The translations under genes and the position numbers were made by a program. From positions 306-64,305 of the forward strand of contig CAZGAK010000007.1 in the NCBI GenBank assembly GCA_964523565.1: a stretch of 64,000 nt of DNA. The letters run 5' to 3'. The notes under the pieces were generated by a model. It saw nothing but the letters and a program-made list of their open reading frames with translations, had not been told where the DNA came from and made no database searches. The first letter of the stretch is position 1; the number at the start of each line of letters is the position of its first letter. Origin of the DNA: an uncultured Syntrophaceae bacterium. Lineage in GTDB: Bacteria > Desulfobacterota > Syntrophia > Syntrophales > UBA6807. Shown piece after piece: positions 30,283 to 39,462 of the stretch.

Positions 30283-31985
30283 AAATTTTACTCATGGGTA
30301 ATCCGAATGTCGGCAAGAGCGTCCTTTTCTCCCGCCTCACCGGTATTCGCGTCCTCTCATCAAACTACCCCGGCACAACGGTCGGTTATACCCGGGGATT
30401 CATGAAAGTAAATAACGAACCCGCGGAAGTTATTGACGTTCCCGGCACCTATACGCTCGAACCTACCTGTGAAGCAGAAGAAATCGCCCTGAAAATGCTC
30501 AAAACGGGAGATGTTGTCATTAGTGTAATCGATGCAACCAACCTGGAGAGAAACCTTTACTTAACCTTACAGTTACTGGAAAAAGACGTACCGGTAATCG
30601 TTGCCCTTAATTTGTGGGATGATACCAAACATCGTGGAATCAACATTGATCTGGATAAGCTGGAAAGCCTTTTAGGAGTTCCCGTTGTTCCAACTTCAGC
30701 CTTGACCGGCTGGGGAATAAAAGACCTTGTAAAAAGCATTCCAAAAGCTTCAGCCCCCCATACTCCCGCCCGGAGTCTCAATGAACGCTGGACACTCATC
30801 GGTAACATAACAGGCCAGGTCCAGCAGATTACTCATCGTCACCATAGATGGTATGAACGTCTGGAAGACGCCAGTGTAAAGCCCAGATTCGGTTATATAA
30901 TAGCCGCACTGGTTCTCACCGCTTCCTTTTTCATAATTCGTTTTATAGGCGAAGGCCTGATTGGCTACCTCTTTGACCCCCTGTTTGACAATCTGTGGAC
31001 ACCGGTATTAATGAAATTGAGCAATTTTATGGGCGGAGGAGGTTTTCTGCATGATGTCATTGTCGGCAAGCTGATTTCCGGAGAGATACATTTCGTTGAA
31101 TCTTTCGGTCTGTTAAGCAGTGGAATCTATGTTCCTTTCGCTATGGTACTCCCCTACATTGTTGCGTTCTATTTTGTCCTGGGTCTCCTCGAAGATATAG
31201 GATATCTGCCAAGATTGGCCGTTTTGCTTGACACCACCATGCACCGCCTCGGATTACATGGATATGCTATTGTCCCTACCCTCCTCGGACTCGGCTGCAA
31301 TGTACCCGCTGTACTGGCAACTCGCGTACTTGAAAGCAGAAGAGAAAGATTCATAGCGGCTACTCTTGTATGTATTGCCATACCATGCGTATCAGGACAG
31401 GCAATGATCTTCGGACTGGTTGGAAAATATGGCGGAGGATACGTAGTCATTGTTTACGCAACGTTACTCTTAGTGTGGATCATTCTTGGAACGATTCTAA
31501 ACCGCCTCTTGAAAGGATTGAGTCCTGAACTTTTAATCGAAATTCCTCCCTACCGCTTCCCACCGTGGCAAATGATATTTCAGAAACTGGGGATGAGGAT
31601 ACGCGGTTTTCTTGTTGAAGCCGTTCCGATCATCCTGGCTGCAGTACTGTTTATTAATGTCCTTTTTATAATGGGTGTATTCGATTATATAGCCAATTTC
31701 GCGGCACCCGTTATAACAGGAATTCTGGGACTGCCGAAGGAATCGGTAACAGCCATCGTTATCGGATTTTTGCGTAAGGATGCGGCCCTCGGAATGCTGG
31801 CGTTATCCCCCATGACTGCCAAGCAGATGGTTATCGGCAGTGTTGTTTTAACGATGTTTTTCCCCTGTATCGCCACATTTATTGTTCTTCTAAGGGAATT
31901 AGGATTAAAAGACTTTCTCAAATCAGTGGCCATAATGATTTCTTCGGCCTTGATAGCAGGGGGAATTCTGAACGTTATCCTATAA
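30279..31985 (+). CDS. feoB: Ferrous iron transporter FeoB
   Basis: N-terminal G domain GNPNVGKS...DVPGTY...NLWD followed by a polytopic membrane domain. Confidence 0.9.
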   Translation: MKILLMGNPNVGKSVLFSRLTGIRVLSSNYPGTTVGYTRGFMKVNNEPAEVIDVPGTYTLEPTCEAEEIALKMLKTGDVVISVIDATNLERNLYLTLQLLEKDVPVIVALNLWDDTKHRGINIDLDKLESLLGVPVVPTSALTGWGIKDLVKSIPKASAPHTPARSLNERWTLIGNITGQVQQITHRHHRWYERLEDASVKPRFGYIIAALVLTASFFIIRFIGEGLIGYLFDPLFDNLWTPVLMKLSNFMGGGGFLHDVIVGKLISGEIHFVESFGLLSSGIYVPFAMVLPYIVAFYFVLGLLEDIGYLPRLAVLLDTTMHRLGLHGYAIVPTLLGLGCNVPAVLATRVLESRRERFIAATLVCIAIPCVSGQAMIFGLVGKYGGGYVVIVYATLLLVWIILGTILNRLLKGLSPELLIEIPPYRFPPWQMIFQKLGMRIRGFLVEAVPIILAAVLFINVLFIMGVFDYIANFAAPVITGILGLPKESVTAIVIGFLRKDAALGMLALSPMTAKQMVIGSVVLTMFFPCIATFIVLLRELGLKDFLKSVAIMISSALIAGGILNVIL

Positions 31986-32082
31986 GGGCCTGTTGTTTAA
32001 ATTTCTCATTCCGCTCTCAACAAAAAGAAGCATGTTACATCCGGTTTTATAATATTTCATCCAGAAAACCCAATCAAAAACC

Positions 32083-32123
32083 TTGACAAAATTCAAAGTT
32101 AAGCATAGGGTCCCTTAACTTTG
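32083..32123 (+). promoter_or_regulatory. Candidate promoter with embracing inverted repeat upstream of the oxidoreductase operon
   Basis: TTGACA, a 17-nt spacer and TAGGGT. The perfect 10-bp inverted repeat CAAAGTTAAG-N10-CTTAACTTTG brackets the -10. Confidence 0.45.
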
Positions 32124-32162
32124 AGGGACAATTCTACGTTTAAATACAGGTGTTTTGAAATC

Positions 32163-32399
32163 ATGGCCAGAAAAAAGGGCACGATAACGATTGAAAGGGA
32201 ATCATGCAAAGGCTGTTATCTGTGCATTTCGGTTTGCCCGGACCAGCTAATTGCAATCTCCGGAGAATTGAATCAAAGGGGATATTATCCTGCTGAATTT
32301 ACAGAGGCAGACAACAAAAAAGAAGACAGCAAATGTACAGGCTGTGCAACGTGTGCACTTGTTTGTCCTGATGTCGCAATTGAGGTTTATCGTGAGTAA
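32163..32399 (+). CDS. 2-oxoacid:ferredoxin oxidoreductase delta subunit (2x[4Fe-4S] ferredoxin)
   Basis: Cys motifs CKGCYLCISVCP and CTGCATCALVCP. Start taken at ATG 32163. Confidence 0.85.
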   Translation: MARKKGTITIERESCKGCYLCISVCPDQLIAISGELNQRGYYPAEFTEADNKKEDSKCTGCATCALVCPDVAIEVYRE

Positions 32400-33471
32400 A
32401 AAGGTATTAATGGGAGGAAGTCATGTGATCGGCGAAGCAGCTGCACGAGCCGGTTGCAGGTTTTACGCGGGCTACCCGATCACCCCGCAGAACGAGTTGA
32501 CAGAATATATGGCCGAAGCTATGGACAGGCTTGCGGATGGAACCTTTATCCAGGCTGAAAGTGAAATAGCCGCAATCAACATGGTAATCGGTGCGTCTAT
32601 GGCAGGAGCGCGGGCCATGACCAGTTCATCCAGCCCGGGCATGAGCCTGAAACAGGAGGGGATTTCTTTTCTGGCAGCCCAGGAGCTTCCTGCAGTAATT
32701 GTGAATACCATGCGTGGCGGACCCGGCCTGGGAAATATCGCGCCTTCCCAGGGTGATTACTTCCAGTCAACAAGGGGTGGCGGCCATGGTGATTACCGGA
32801 CCATTGTTCTGGCTCCGGCCTCCGGCCAGGAACTGGCTGATCTGACCCGGACAGCCTTTGAATACGCCGACAAATATCGAATTCCCGTCCTCATACTGGG
32901 TGACGGCATGATGGGACAGATGATGGAACCCGTTGTACTTCCGGACCCCGTTGACGTTAGCAAACTGCCATCCAAATCCTGGATTCTGGACGGCGCCAGG
33001 GAAAGACCGAGTCGTATTATACTGTCTCTCCTTCTTAACCCGTCAAAGCAGGAAGAACTCAACTGGAAGCTGATGAGGAAATACGAAACCATTTCCAGGG
33101 AAATCATCAAAGCAGAAAACTATCAGACCTCCGACGCTCATCTGGTTGTCGTTGCCTACGGTACAGCGGCAAGGATTGCCAAAGGCGCTATTAAGAGGGT
33201 TCGAGAAATGGGACTTAAGGTTGGTCTTTTCAGACCTGTTACGCTGTGGCCTTTTCCGGAACACGCCCTGAAGGAATTAAGCAGACACGTTAAGGATTTT
33301 CTTGTTTTCGAGATGAACATGGGGCAGATGGTCGAAGATGTTAAACTGGCCATCGAAGGCAGGAGCGATGTGCATTTTTACGGCCGTCCCGGCGGCAGTA
33401 TCTCGACGCCTGACGAAATAGCCAAAGCAATTAACACCATTTATCACCGCAAGCATCTTGAAGAGGATTAA
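32392..33471 (+). CDS. 2-oxoacid:ferredoxin oxidoreductase alpha subunit
   Basis: N-terminus KVLMGGSHVIGEAAARAG...YPITPQ. The GTG start at 32392 overlaps the delta stop. Confidence 0.9.
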   Translation: MSKKVLMGGSHVIGEAAARAGCRFYAGYPITPQNELTEYMAEAMDRLADGTFIQAESEIAAINMVIGASMAGARAMTSSSSPGMSLKQEGISFLAAQELPAVIVNTMRGGPGLGNIAPSQGDYFQSTRGGGHGDYRTIVLAPASGQELADLTRTAFEYADKYRIPVLILGDGMMGQMMEPVVLPDPVDVSKLPSKSWILDGARERPSRIILSLLLNPSKQEELNWKLMRKYETISREIIKAENYQTSDAHLVVVAYGTAARIAKGAIKRVREMGLKVGLFRPVTLWPFPEHALKELSRHVKDFLVFEMNMGQMVEDVKLAIEGRSDVHFYGRPGGSISTPDEIAKAINTIYHRKHLEED

Positions 33472-33474
33472 ACA

Positions 33475-34227
33475 ATGTTAAAAAAAGTTTTCAAGAGACC
33501 AAAGTATTTAAAAAAGGCGGTTTTTCACTACTGCCCGGGCTGTGGGCACAGCATTATTCATCGCCTGATAGCTGAGGTCCTTGAAGAACTTGATATAGGG
33601 GAAATAACCATTGGCGTTCCACCGGCCGGTTGTGCCGTTTTGGCTTACGATTATCTGGATGTCGATATGGGGGAGGCCCCCCATGGGCGAGGGGCGGCGG
33701 TAGCCACGGGCATAAAACGCACGCTTCCCGACAAAATTGTTTTCAGCTACCAGGGGGACGGAGACATAGCGGCCATTGGAACTGCCGAAACCATTCACGC
33801 CGCTAACAGGGGTGAAAATGTTACCGTCTTCTTCGTCAATAACGGTTGTTACGGTATGACAGGAGGGCAAATGGCCCCCACAACTCTCATAGGTCAGGAT
33901 TCCACGACCACACCGGGTGGTCGGAATGTAACCAGGGATGCCGCTCCCATCGATTTGAGTGAAATGCTGGCAATTGCCAATGGCAGCGTTTATATTGAGC
34001 GCACCGCCGTTAATTCTCCAAAAAATATCAGGCGAACGAAAAGGGCTATCACCAAAGCCTTTAAAATTCAGATGGCAAACCGGGGGTTTTCGCTTGTTGA
34101 AATTCTCTCCCCCTGCCCCGTCAACTGGAAGATGTCGCCTGTAGACGCTGCAAAGCGGATAGACGATGTCATGACAAAGATTTTCCCCCTCAAAGTCATC
34201 AAGGATGAAATCGGGAAAATTGATTAA
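33475..34227 (+). CDS. 2-oxoacid:ferredoxin oxidoreductase beta subunit (TPP-binding)
   Basis: CPGCGH...GDGD...NNGCYGMTGGQ thiamine-PP motif. Confidence 0.9.
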   Translation: MLKKVFKRPKYLKKAVFHYCPGCGHSIIHRLIAEVLEELDIGEITIGVPPAGCAVLAYDYLDVDMGEAPHGRGAAVATGIKRTLPDKIVFSYQGDGDIAAIGTAETIHAANRGENVTVFFVNNGCYGMTGGQMAPTTLIGQDSTTTPGGRNVTRDAAPIDLSEMLAIANGSVYIERTAVNSPKNIRRTKRAITKAFKIQMANRGFSLVEILSPCPVNWKMSPVDAAKRIDDVMTKIFPLKVIKDEIGKID

Positions 34228-34241
34228 TAAAAGGATTTATT

Positions 34242-34790
34242 GTGATGAAAAAAACAGTCTTTTCAGGATTTGGCGGACAGGGCGTTCTTATGATGGGTTA
34301 CGTATTTGCAACGGCAGCCATGAATGATGGAAAGGAAATAACATATCTTCCCGCCTACGGCGCCGAGATGCGCGGAGGTACCGCCAACTGCACGGTAGCC
34401 GTATCAGACGAGGAAATATTCTCCCCCGTAGCCTCTTCACCCGATTATGCTGTTATTATGAACAATCCTTCAATGATAAAATACGAGGGTATGATAAAAC
34501 CGGGCGGAACTATTTTTATCAATTCAAGTCTTGTAAGCAAGGAACCTTCAAGGGATGATATAGCTGTGGTCAAGGTGCCGGCCAACGACATGGCCAAAAA
34601 GTTAAAAAACGAACGTATCAGCAATATGATAATGTTAGGGGCATTTGTAGAAAAAACAAAAGTAACCTCCCTGGATTCAATCATGAACGCACTTGCCGAA
34701 AACATTAAGGGGAAAAAGGCAAGCCTCTTGAAGTTAAATCGAAAAGGCCTGGACAAAGGTGCTGAATATGTTTCAGAAGGAGCGCAATAA
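34242..34790 (+). CDS. 2-oxoacid:ferredoxin oxidoreductase gamma subunit
   Basis: GFGGQGVL...PAYGAEMRGG signature, 182 aa. Confidence 0.9.
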   Translation: MMKKTVFSGFGGQGVLMMGYVFATAAMNDGKEITYLPAYGAEMRGGTANCTVAVSDEEIFSPVASSPDYAVIMNNPSMIKYEGMIKPGGTIFINSSLVSKEPSRDDIAVVKVPANDMAKKLKNERISNMIMLGAFVEKTKVTSLDSIMNALAENIKGKKASLLKLNRKGLDKGAEYVSEGAQ

Positions 34791-35218
34791 TGAAAACGGT
34801 TAAACAAATCGATGTATGGTTAAAAAATAAACCCGGCTCGCTGTCTGTTGTCAGCGATTTACTGGGTGACAACAGGATAAATATTATCGCTTTCTACGTC
34901 ACCACTCAGGGAGATGAGGGAAAGCTTCACTTTGTTGCCAATGACCCTGACAAGGCCATCAATGTCCTGAAAACGGCAGGATACAGAATAGCAGAAAAAG
35001 AAGTGATTGCATGCGAGGTACCCCACCATCCGGGCGGCATGAATACCATTCTGAGGCTGCTGAAAGGGATCGACATAAACGTGGATTATATATATCCCTG
35101 CGTTGGGACCGGCGACATTACCGTGTTGATTGTAGGAGTTGAACCGGTAAAGGAAGCCTTGAGCGTTCTTAATGACAATTGGATGCGCATACTCGGCAAT
35201 GAGCTCTACCACATGTGA
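34790..35218 (+). CDS. ACT-domain protein
   Basis: Two ACT-like beta-alpha-beta-beta-alpha-beta halves. The ATG overlaps the gamma-subunit stop (TAATG). Confidence 0.75.
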   Translation: MKTVKQIDVWLKNKPGSLSVVSDLLGDNRINIIAFYVTTQGDEGKLHFVANDPDKAINVLKTAGYRIAEKEVIACEVPHHPGGMNTILRLLKGIDINVDYIYPCVGTGDITVLIVGVEPVKEALSVLNDNWMRILGNELYHM

Positions 35219-35223
35219 TTACG

Positions 35224-35265
35224 ACTCGTTACTCATTACTCGTTGCTCAGTCCTCATTGCTAATG
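35224..35265. repeat. Heptamer tandem array, ACTCGTT family
   Basis: ACTCGTT ACTCATT ACTCGTT GCTCAGT CCTCATT GCTAATG, between the convergent ACT and rmuC genes and running into the rmuC 3' end. The same 7-mer recurs at 49042-49069. Confidence 0.8.
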
Positions 35266-36473
35266 GGGGTGTCCGTGTCGATTATTTCCGGTTCGTCCAG
35301 CGCTGCTTCAACAACGTTTCTCTGCTTTCTTAAATCTTCAATCTGCCTGAGGGAACGTTCGAGTTGATTCCGGCGGGTTGAAGTCAGCGTATTATATTCC
35401 TTCTGGGCATCCTCTATCCTTTTGCCCATCCTTTCCATTGAGTTGACAAACGCATCCCACTGTTTGTTAAACGCACCGAGGAGTGACATGATTTGAGCCG
35501 CCGTCTTTTCCAGATTGAAGTTATCTACGGCCTGCCTGATAACCGCCAGAATTGCATACAGCGTGGTGGGTGAACAGAGAATCACCTTATTCTTTAAGGC
35601 CTCATCCATAAGGGAACTGTCATTTTCATTGATGAAGGCATACACCTGTTCGTTCGGAATGAATACAATGACGTAATCAACCGTATTTTCTTCAGGGTTG
35701 ATATAATCTCTTGTTGTTACCTCTTTAACTCTATTTTTGACATCTCTTAAAAACTGACTCTTATACTTTTCCTGATCCACCTCCCCCTCCTCTTCAAGAT
35801 AACGCAGGTAATTATCGAGGGGGAATTTTACATCCATGTTTACTTTAAGGTCCTGCGGCAGAAGAAAGGTATAATCCGGACGTGTGCTTACCGTTTCCAG
35901 TGTTTTCTGTTTTATATAATTGATGCCTTCGACGAAACCGGCCAGTCTCAACACATCTTCAGCCATCCTTTCGCCCCACTGTCCGCGGACTTTTGTACTT
36001 GCCAGCGCCGCCTTCAACTGACCGGCAGTTTCCTGAAGTTTCCTGGTCTGTTCGGTAGTAAATTTTAACTGATTGGCCAGCTCACCGAATTTATGCTCCC
36101 TGTCTTTCTCAAGGTTGGTTACAAGATTTTGAACACCCTGCAAGTCTTCCCTCATCACCTCAAGAGTCTGATCAATCAGTTTTTTCTTCCCCTCCAGTTC
36201 TTTTTCACCTGTCCGGGTTTGCTTCGAAAGAGTCTCATTGGCAAGCTTCAGGAACTCCTCAGTATTCCTCGACAGGGCATCTAAGGAAAGGGCTCCGAAA
36301 GAGTCTTTGATCTTACCCATGAGAGCCTCCAGATCCTGAATTTTCTGAGATTCAGTTTCTGACACTAACTCCCGGGCAAGCGCCCTGGCGTCCTTTTGCT
36401 TCAATACATGAACAACTAATACAACGGCCGCCCCGAAAAGTGCACCAATAACAAAAATGAACAAATACTCCAT
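35247..36473 (-). CDS. rmuC: DNA recombination protein RmuC
   Basis: N-terminal TM, long coiled coil and an RmuC nuclease-like C-terminal domain (VIVFIPNE...). Confidence 0.9.
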   Translation of the reverse strand: MEYLFIFVIGALFGAAVVLVVHVLKQKDARALARELVSETESQKIQDLEALMGKIKDSFGALSLDALSRNTEEFLKLANETLSKQTRTGEKELEGKKKLIDQTLEVMREDLQGVQNLVTNLEKDREHKFGELANQLKFTTEQTRKLQETAGQLKAALASTKVRGQWGERMAEDVLRLAGFVEGINYIKQKTLETVSTRPDYTFLLPQDLKVNMDVKFPLDNYLRYLEEEGEVDQEKYKSQFLRDVKNRVKEVTTRDYINPEENTVDYVIVFIPNEQVYAFINENDSSLMDEALKNKVILCSPTTLYAILAVIRQAVDNFNLEKTAAQIMSLLGAFNKQWDAFVNSMERMGKRIEDAQKEYNTLTSTRRNQLERSLRQIEDLRKQRNVVEAALDEPEIIDTDTPISNED

Positions 36474-36543
36474 ATAAACAAATCTCCCGGATTTCCATCT
36501 TTATATTGGATTTCGCTTTGCTCAACCCAACCTGTAATCTTTT

Positions 36544-36747
36544 TCAGTTAAGTCCCAACCCGATAACCAGACCTATGGCAATACCCAAACCAATAAATAT
36601 GGAACCCACCACAATTCCTACTGCTACGTTATTTTCCGCTAAATGCCTGGAAGTATCAAAAGGTGTAACCTTATCAAATATTTTGTATCCGATCATCATA
36701 AATAGCAGCGTAAACAATGCTCCAAATATGGCATAAGCAAAATTCAG
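36544..36747 (-). CDS. DUF350-type two-TM mini-protein lacking a canonical start codon
   Basis: Reads ...NFAYAIFGALFTLLFMMIGYKIFDKVTPFDTSRHLAENNVAVGIVVGSIFIGLGIAIGLVIGLGLN*. The frame opens right after a TGA (36750-36748). The first TTG is codon 11 and the first ATG is codon 17, both inside TM1. The gene is absent from the ORF track, where the plus-strand ORF 36506-36736 is its antisense. Confidence 0.5.
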   Translation of the reverse strand: MNFAYAIFGALFTLLFMMIGYKIFDKVTPFDTSRHLAENNVAVGIVVGSIFIGLGIAIGLVIGLGLN

Positions 36748-36884
36748 TCAAAATCAGGGCCAAAGTATCTCTTTGAATACTTTGAAAAGTATCTATCATA
36801 TTTCACTACTTTATTATAGCGTTCAAAGGCCTGGGCATGGAGAGGTATGAGAAGCAATATAATGATCAGAACTTTTTTTACCAT
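36744..36884 (-). pseudogene. 46-aa signal-peptide ORF resembling the N-terminus of an SLT-type lytic transglycosylase
   Basis: RBS AGGA, then MVKKVLIIILLLIPLHAQA FERYNKVVKYDRYFSKYSKRYFGPDFD*. No catalytic domain follows, and the stop overlaps the opening of the DUF350 frame. Confidence 0.3.
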
Positions 36885-36919
36885 AATCATTCCTGAGAAC
36901 TTTTAGCCATTACGGGGCT

Positions 36920-37936
36920 TTACACGATATGCCAGGAAATAAAGCGTCTAAAAAAATCCGTCGTCTTGACAAAGATCCGTCCCCTGTAGATACCTTCCTG
37001 CTTTTCCCTCTTCTCAACCAAAAAGCCGAAATAGACACCGAAACGTTCCAGCACACGCAATTTAATGCAGTCGCAGACGATTTCGTAGGCAGGCTTGTAG
37101 GTCCTGTCAACCTCCTCCAACACCTGTGGATACGCGTCAATCAGGCAATCCGCAATGACGCTCCCATCAACATAATCCATTGCCTTCTTTTTAAGCAGAT
37201 ATAGAGAAAAAAGGAACGATCGTTGTATTATATAAAATTCCGAGTATCCATCCTGAAAACCCCAGTTAAACTCTGTCGTGAATACCTTCAATAGTTTAAG
37301 ATAATGCTCGCCGCCAAATCCTTCGTCAACAATTGCCCTTCCGTTTTTCGTAAGGCTGAAAACACCCTTTCGCTTCTTAACCCAGCCGCACATGGTAAGA
37401 ATATGACGAAGCGGCAGAATCTCTCCCATTTCTTCTTCGGACCTCATCCTCCTGAACCAGGGAAAACCCTTATTACCGTACATCTTTTCAGCCATTTCCT
37501 TGGAAAAGGCAAGGGACATATTCCCCTTCTTCGTCGCTTTCACGGGTTCCGATTCTGAAAGGGCATCTAAAAATATAAGGACACGCTCAACTGCCGGAAT
37601 CATCTGAAACTCATTCGGAGGCAATTCCACATTGAAATTCAGGATATCGGAAGTTGCATCATATGGACGGCTAAGCATCCGGTGCATCTGCTCCGGGCTT
37701 ATTCCGAAAAATTCCTGCGCCGGTTCGCGATTCTTGCCTTCCATGAAAGTCTGCAAAAACGCATTCGCCTCGTCGATGGAATCAAAATCCCGGCCTGCCA
37801 GCTCTTCTCTGATTTCATCGAATATATCCTGCGCCATACCCTGCTTGCTTGACGACTCATCCTTCCCAATACAGCAATATTTATACTTTTTCCCTGAACC
37901 GCATGGGCACAACTCATTTCTTCCTATCTTCGCCAT
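36920..37936 (-). CDS. SEC-C motif protein of unknown function
   Basis: N-terminus MAKIGRNELCPCGSGKKYKYCC (SEC-C metal-binding motif). The remaining ~315 aa are unassigned. Confidence 0.75.
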   Translation of the reverse strand: MAKIGRNELCPCGSGKKYKYCCIGKDESSSKQGMAQDIFDEIREELAGRDFDSIDEANAFLQTFMEGKNREPAQEFFGISPEQMHRMLSRPYDATSDILNFNVELPPNEFQMIPAVERVLIFLDALSESEPVKATKKGNMSLAFSKEMAEKMYGNKGFPWFRRMRSEEEMGEILPLRHILTMCGWVKKRKGVFSLTKNGRAIVDEGFGGEHYLKLLKVFTTEFNWGFQDGYSEFYIIQRSFLFSLYLLKKKAMDYVDGSVIADCLIDAYPQVLEEVDRTYKPAYEIVCDCIKLRVLERFGVYFGFLVEKREKQEGIYRGRIFVKTTDFFRRFISWHIV

Positions 37937-38025
37937 AAACCACCCCAATCTGCTTAATAACAACAAAGCAGATTTTCACGTAAGTCGCCCCAATTGATTC
38001 GGTTATGCTCACTGACGGCTTTTTG

Positions 38026-39030
38026 TCAGTTGTCCTTATTTATAAGATTAACAATTATTTTTGTTATGACATCCTTTTCCTTCGGATCACTCATGGCAAT
38101 CATCAATGTCAATGCAACTAAAGCGTTGTCTGCTATACGTTTTGTTCCGTCAGATTTATAGAGCAAACCATTCCGTTCCAGAAACCAGGTAAAGATAGCC
38201 GTGGCGATACGCTTGTTTCCATCTACAAATGAATGATTTTTTACAATGAAATAAAGAAGGTGTGCTGCTTTTTCTTCAATGCTGGGATAGAGATCTTTGC
38301 CGTCGAAAGTCTGGCAAATCGTATCCAGAGAGCTTCCAAACGACTTATCCTTTTCACGTCCAAACAGGTTGGAATCACTCAATCTTCCCCGCATTGTCTT
38401 AATAGCGTCTTTCGCTTCTTCATATGAAATTCGTTTCGCTGTACGGTCAGATACGCGGACTAATTCCAGCTTTCCATAGTCGTATCGATCAAGCGTATCC
38501 AGAGCATAGCTGAAATCACCAATAACCCTCAGGAGACCTTCAGCTTCAGACGTGGAGAGCAGTTTGCGATCAACTATATTATCGATAAGCCTGATCGATT
38601 GTTTAAGCGCTTCATATTTTTCAATCTGTGATCGTAATCTCTTTTCATTCAGCGCGTAACCCGTGACAAGATAATCTTTCAGTATTTTATTGGCCCAGAT
38701 GCGGAATTGGGTTCCCCGTAATGAATTGACACGGTATCCGACGGAAATGATTGCATCCAGATTATAGTATTCGATATTACGGGTTATCTTCCTGTCACCT
38801 TCAATTTGAACTGTTGCAAATTTTGCAACAGTTGACCCCTTTGATAACTCCCCTGTTCTGAATACATTAGAAATATGCCGCGAAACAACCGACTTGTTTC
38901 TTTGAAACAATCCTGCCATTTGATTGAGATTTAACCAAACTGTTTCTTTAATTAATTTAACCTCCAAAGACGCCTGCCCGTCTTCTGTCTGATATATGAC
39001 TATCTCACCTTTATTTATTTGTTTATTCAT
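38026..39030 (-). CDS. RhuM-family N-terminal domain fused to Fic/Doc domain
   Basis: N-terminal RhuM-like region (IVIYQTEDGQ...YYNLDAIISVGYRVNS..GTQFRIWA). The C-terminal Fic motif is of the Doc type, HSFVDGNKRIA. Confidence 0.85.
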   Translation of the reverse strand: MNKQINKGEIVIYQTEDGQASLEVKLIKETVWLNLNQMAGLFQRNKSVVSRHISNVFRTGELSKGSTVAKFATVQIEGDRKITRNIEYYNLDAIISVGYRVNSLRGTQFRIWANKILKDYLVTGYALNEKRLRSQIEKYEALKQSIRLIDNIVDRKLLSTSEAEGLLRVIGDFSYALDTLDRYDYGKLELVRVSDRTAKRISYEEAKDAIKTMRGRLSDSNLFGREKDKSFGSSLDTICQTFDGKDLYPSIEEKAAHLLYFIVKNHSFVDGNKRIATAIFTWFLERNGLLYKSDGTKRIADNALVALTLMIAMSDPKEKDVITKIIVNLINKDN

Positions 39031-39151
39031 ATGTCAGTATTACCTTTTCCATATTTGTACTTGGATTTGTAGAAAAATGTATTTTATGGTGAAGATATGC
39101 ATTTATTCCACCTTATGTGTTTTAAAACGTTTTTTTCGTGAAAAACATACC

Positions 39152-39337
39152 CTACAGCCCAAACCCCAGTAGATCCATCACCCCAAGTTCTTCTCTGCAT
39201 TGGGGGCAAAGATCATTGATGTCCTCAACGCCGATATCACGAAGAAAAATATCTGCCAGCTCCGTCGCGGGGCTGACATCCACAACATCAACCTCAGATT
39301 CCTCAAATTCTCTAAAACATCTCTTGCAGGTTTTCAT
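39152..39337 (-). CDS. Small acidic CxxC...CxxC zinc-ribbon protein
   Basis: 61 aa with CKRC near the N-terminus and CPQC near the C-terminus. The RBS is weak, and the gene lies upstream of the RhuM-Doc gene. Confidence 0.45.
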   Translation of the reverse strand: MKTCKRCFREFEESEVDVVDVSPATELADIFLRDIGVEDINDLCPQCREELGVMDLLGFGL

Positions 39338-39462
39338 TAAGTATGCTGGCTCCGGAATTCGCTAAAATGATTCAGAACTCCATCATTCTTAACAAGGTTA
39401 TATCCGTCGGCCCGGATTCTACGATCAGCTGTATACTGGCAGTAGTTGAAGCTTTTCACTTC

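Noticed and set aside
36740-36752. Programmed -1 frameshift joining the 46-aa signal-peptide ORF to the DUF350 frame.
   Set aside because: There is no slippery heptamer of the X XXY YYZ type or downstream structure. A signal-peptide/SLT-stub/DUF350 fusion also makes no architectural sense, so a recombination scar is the simpler reading.
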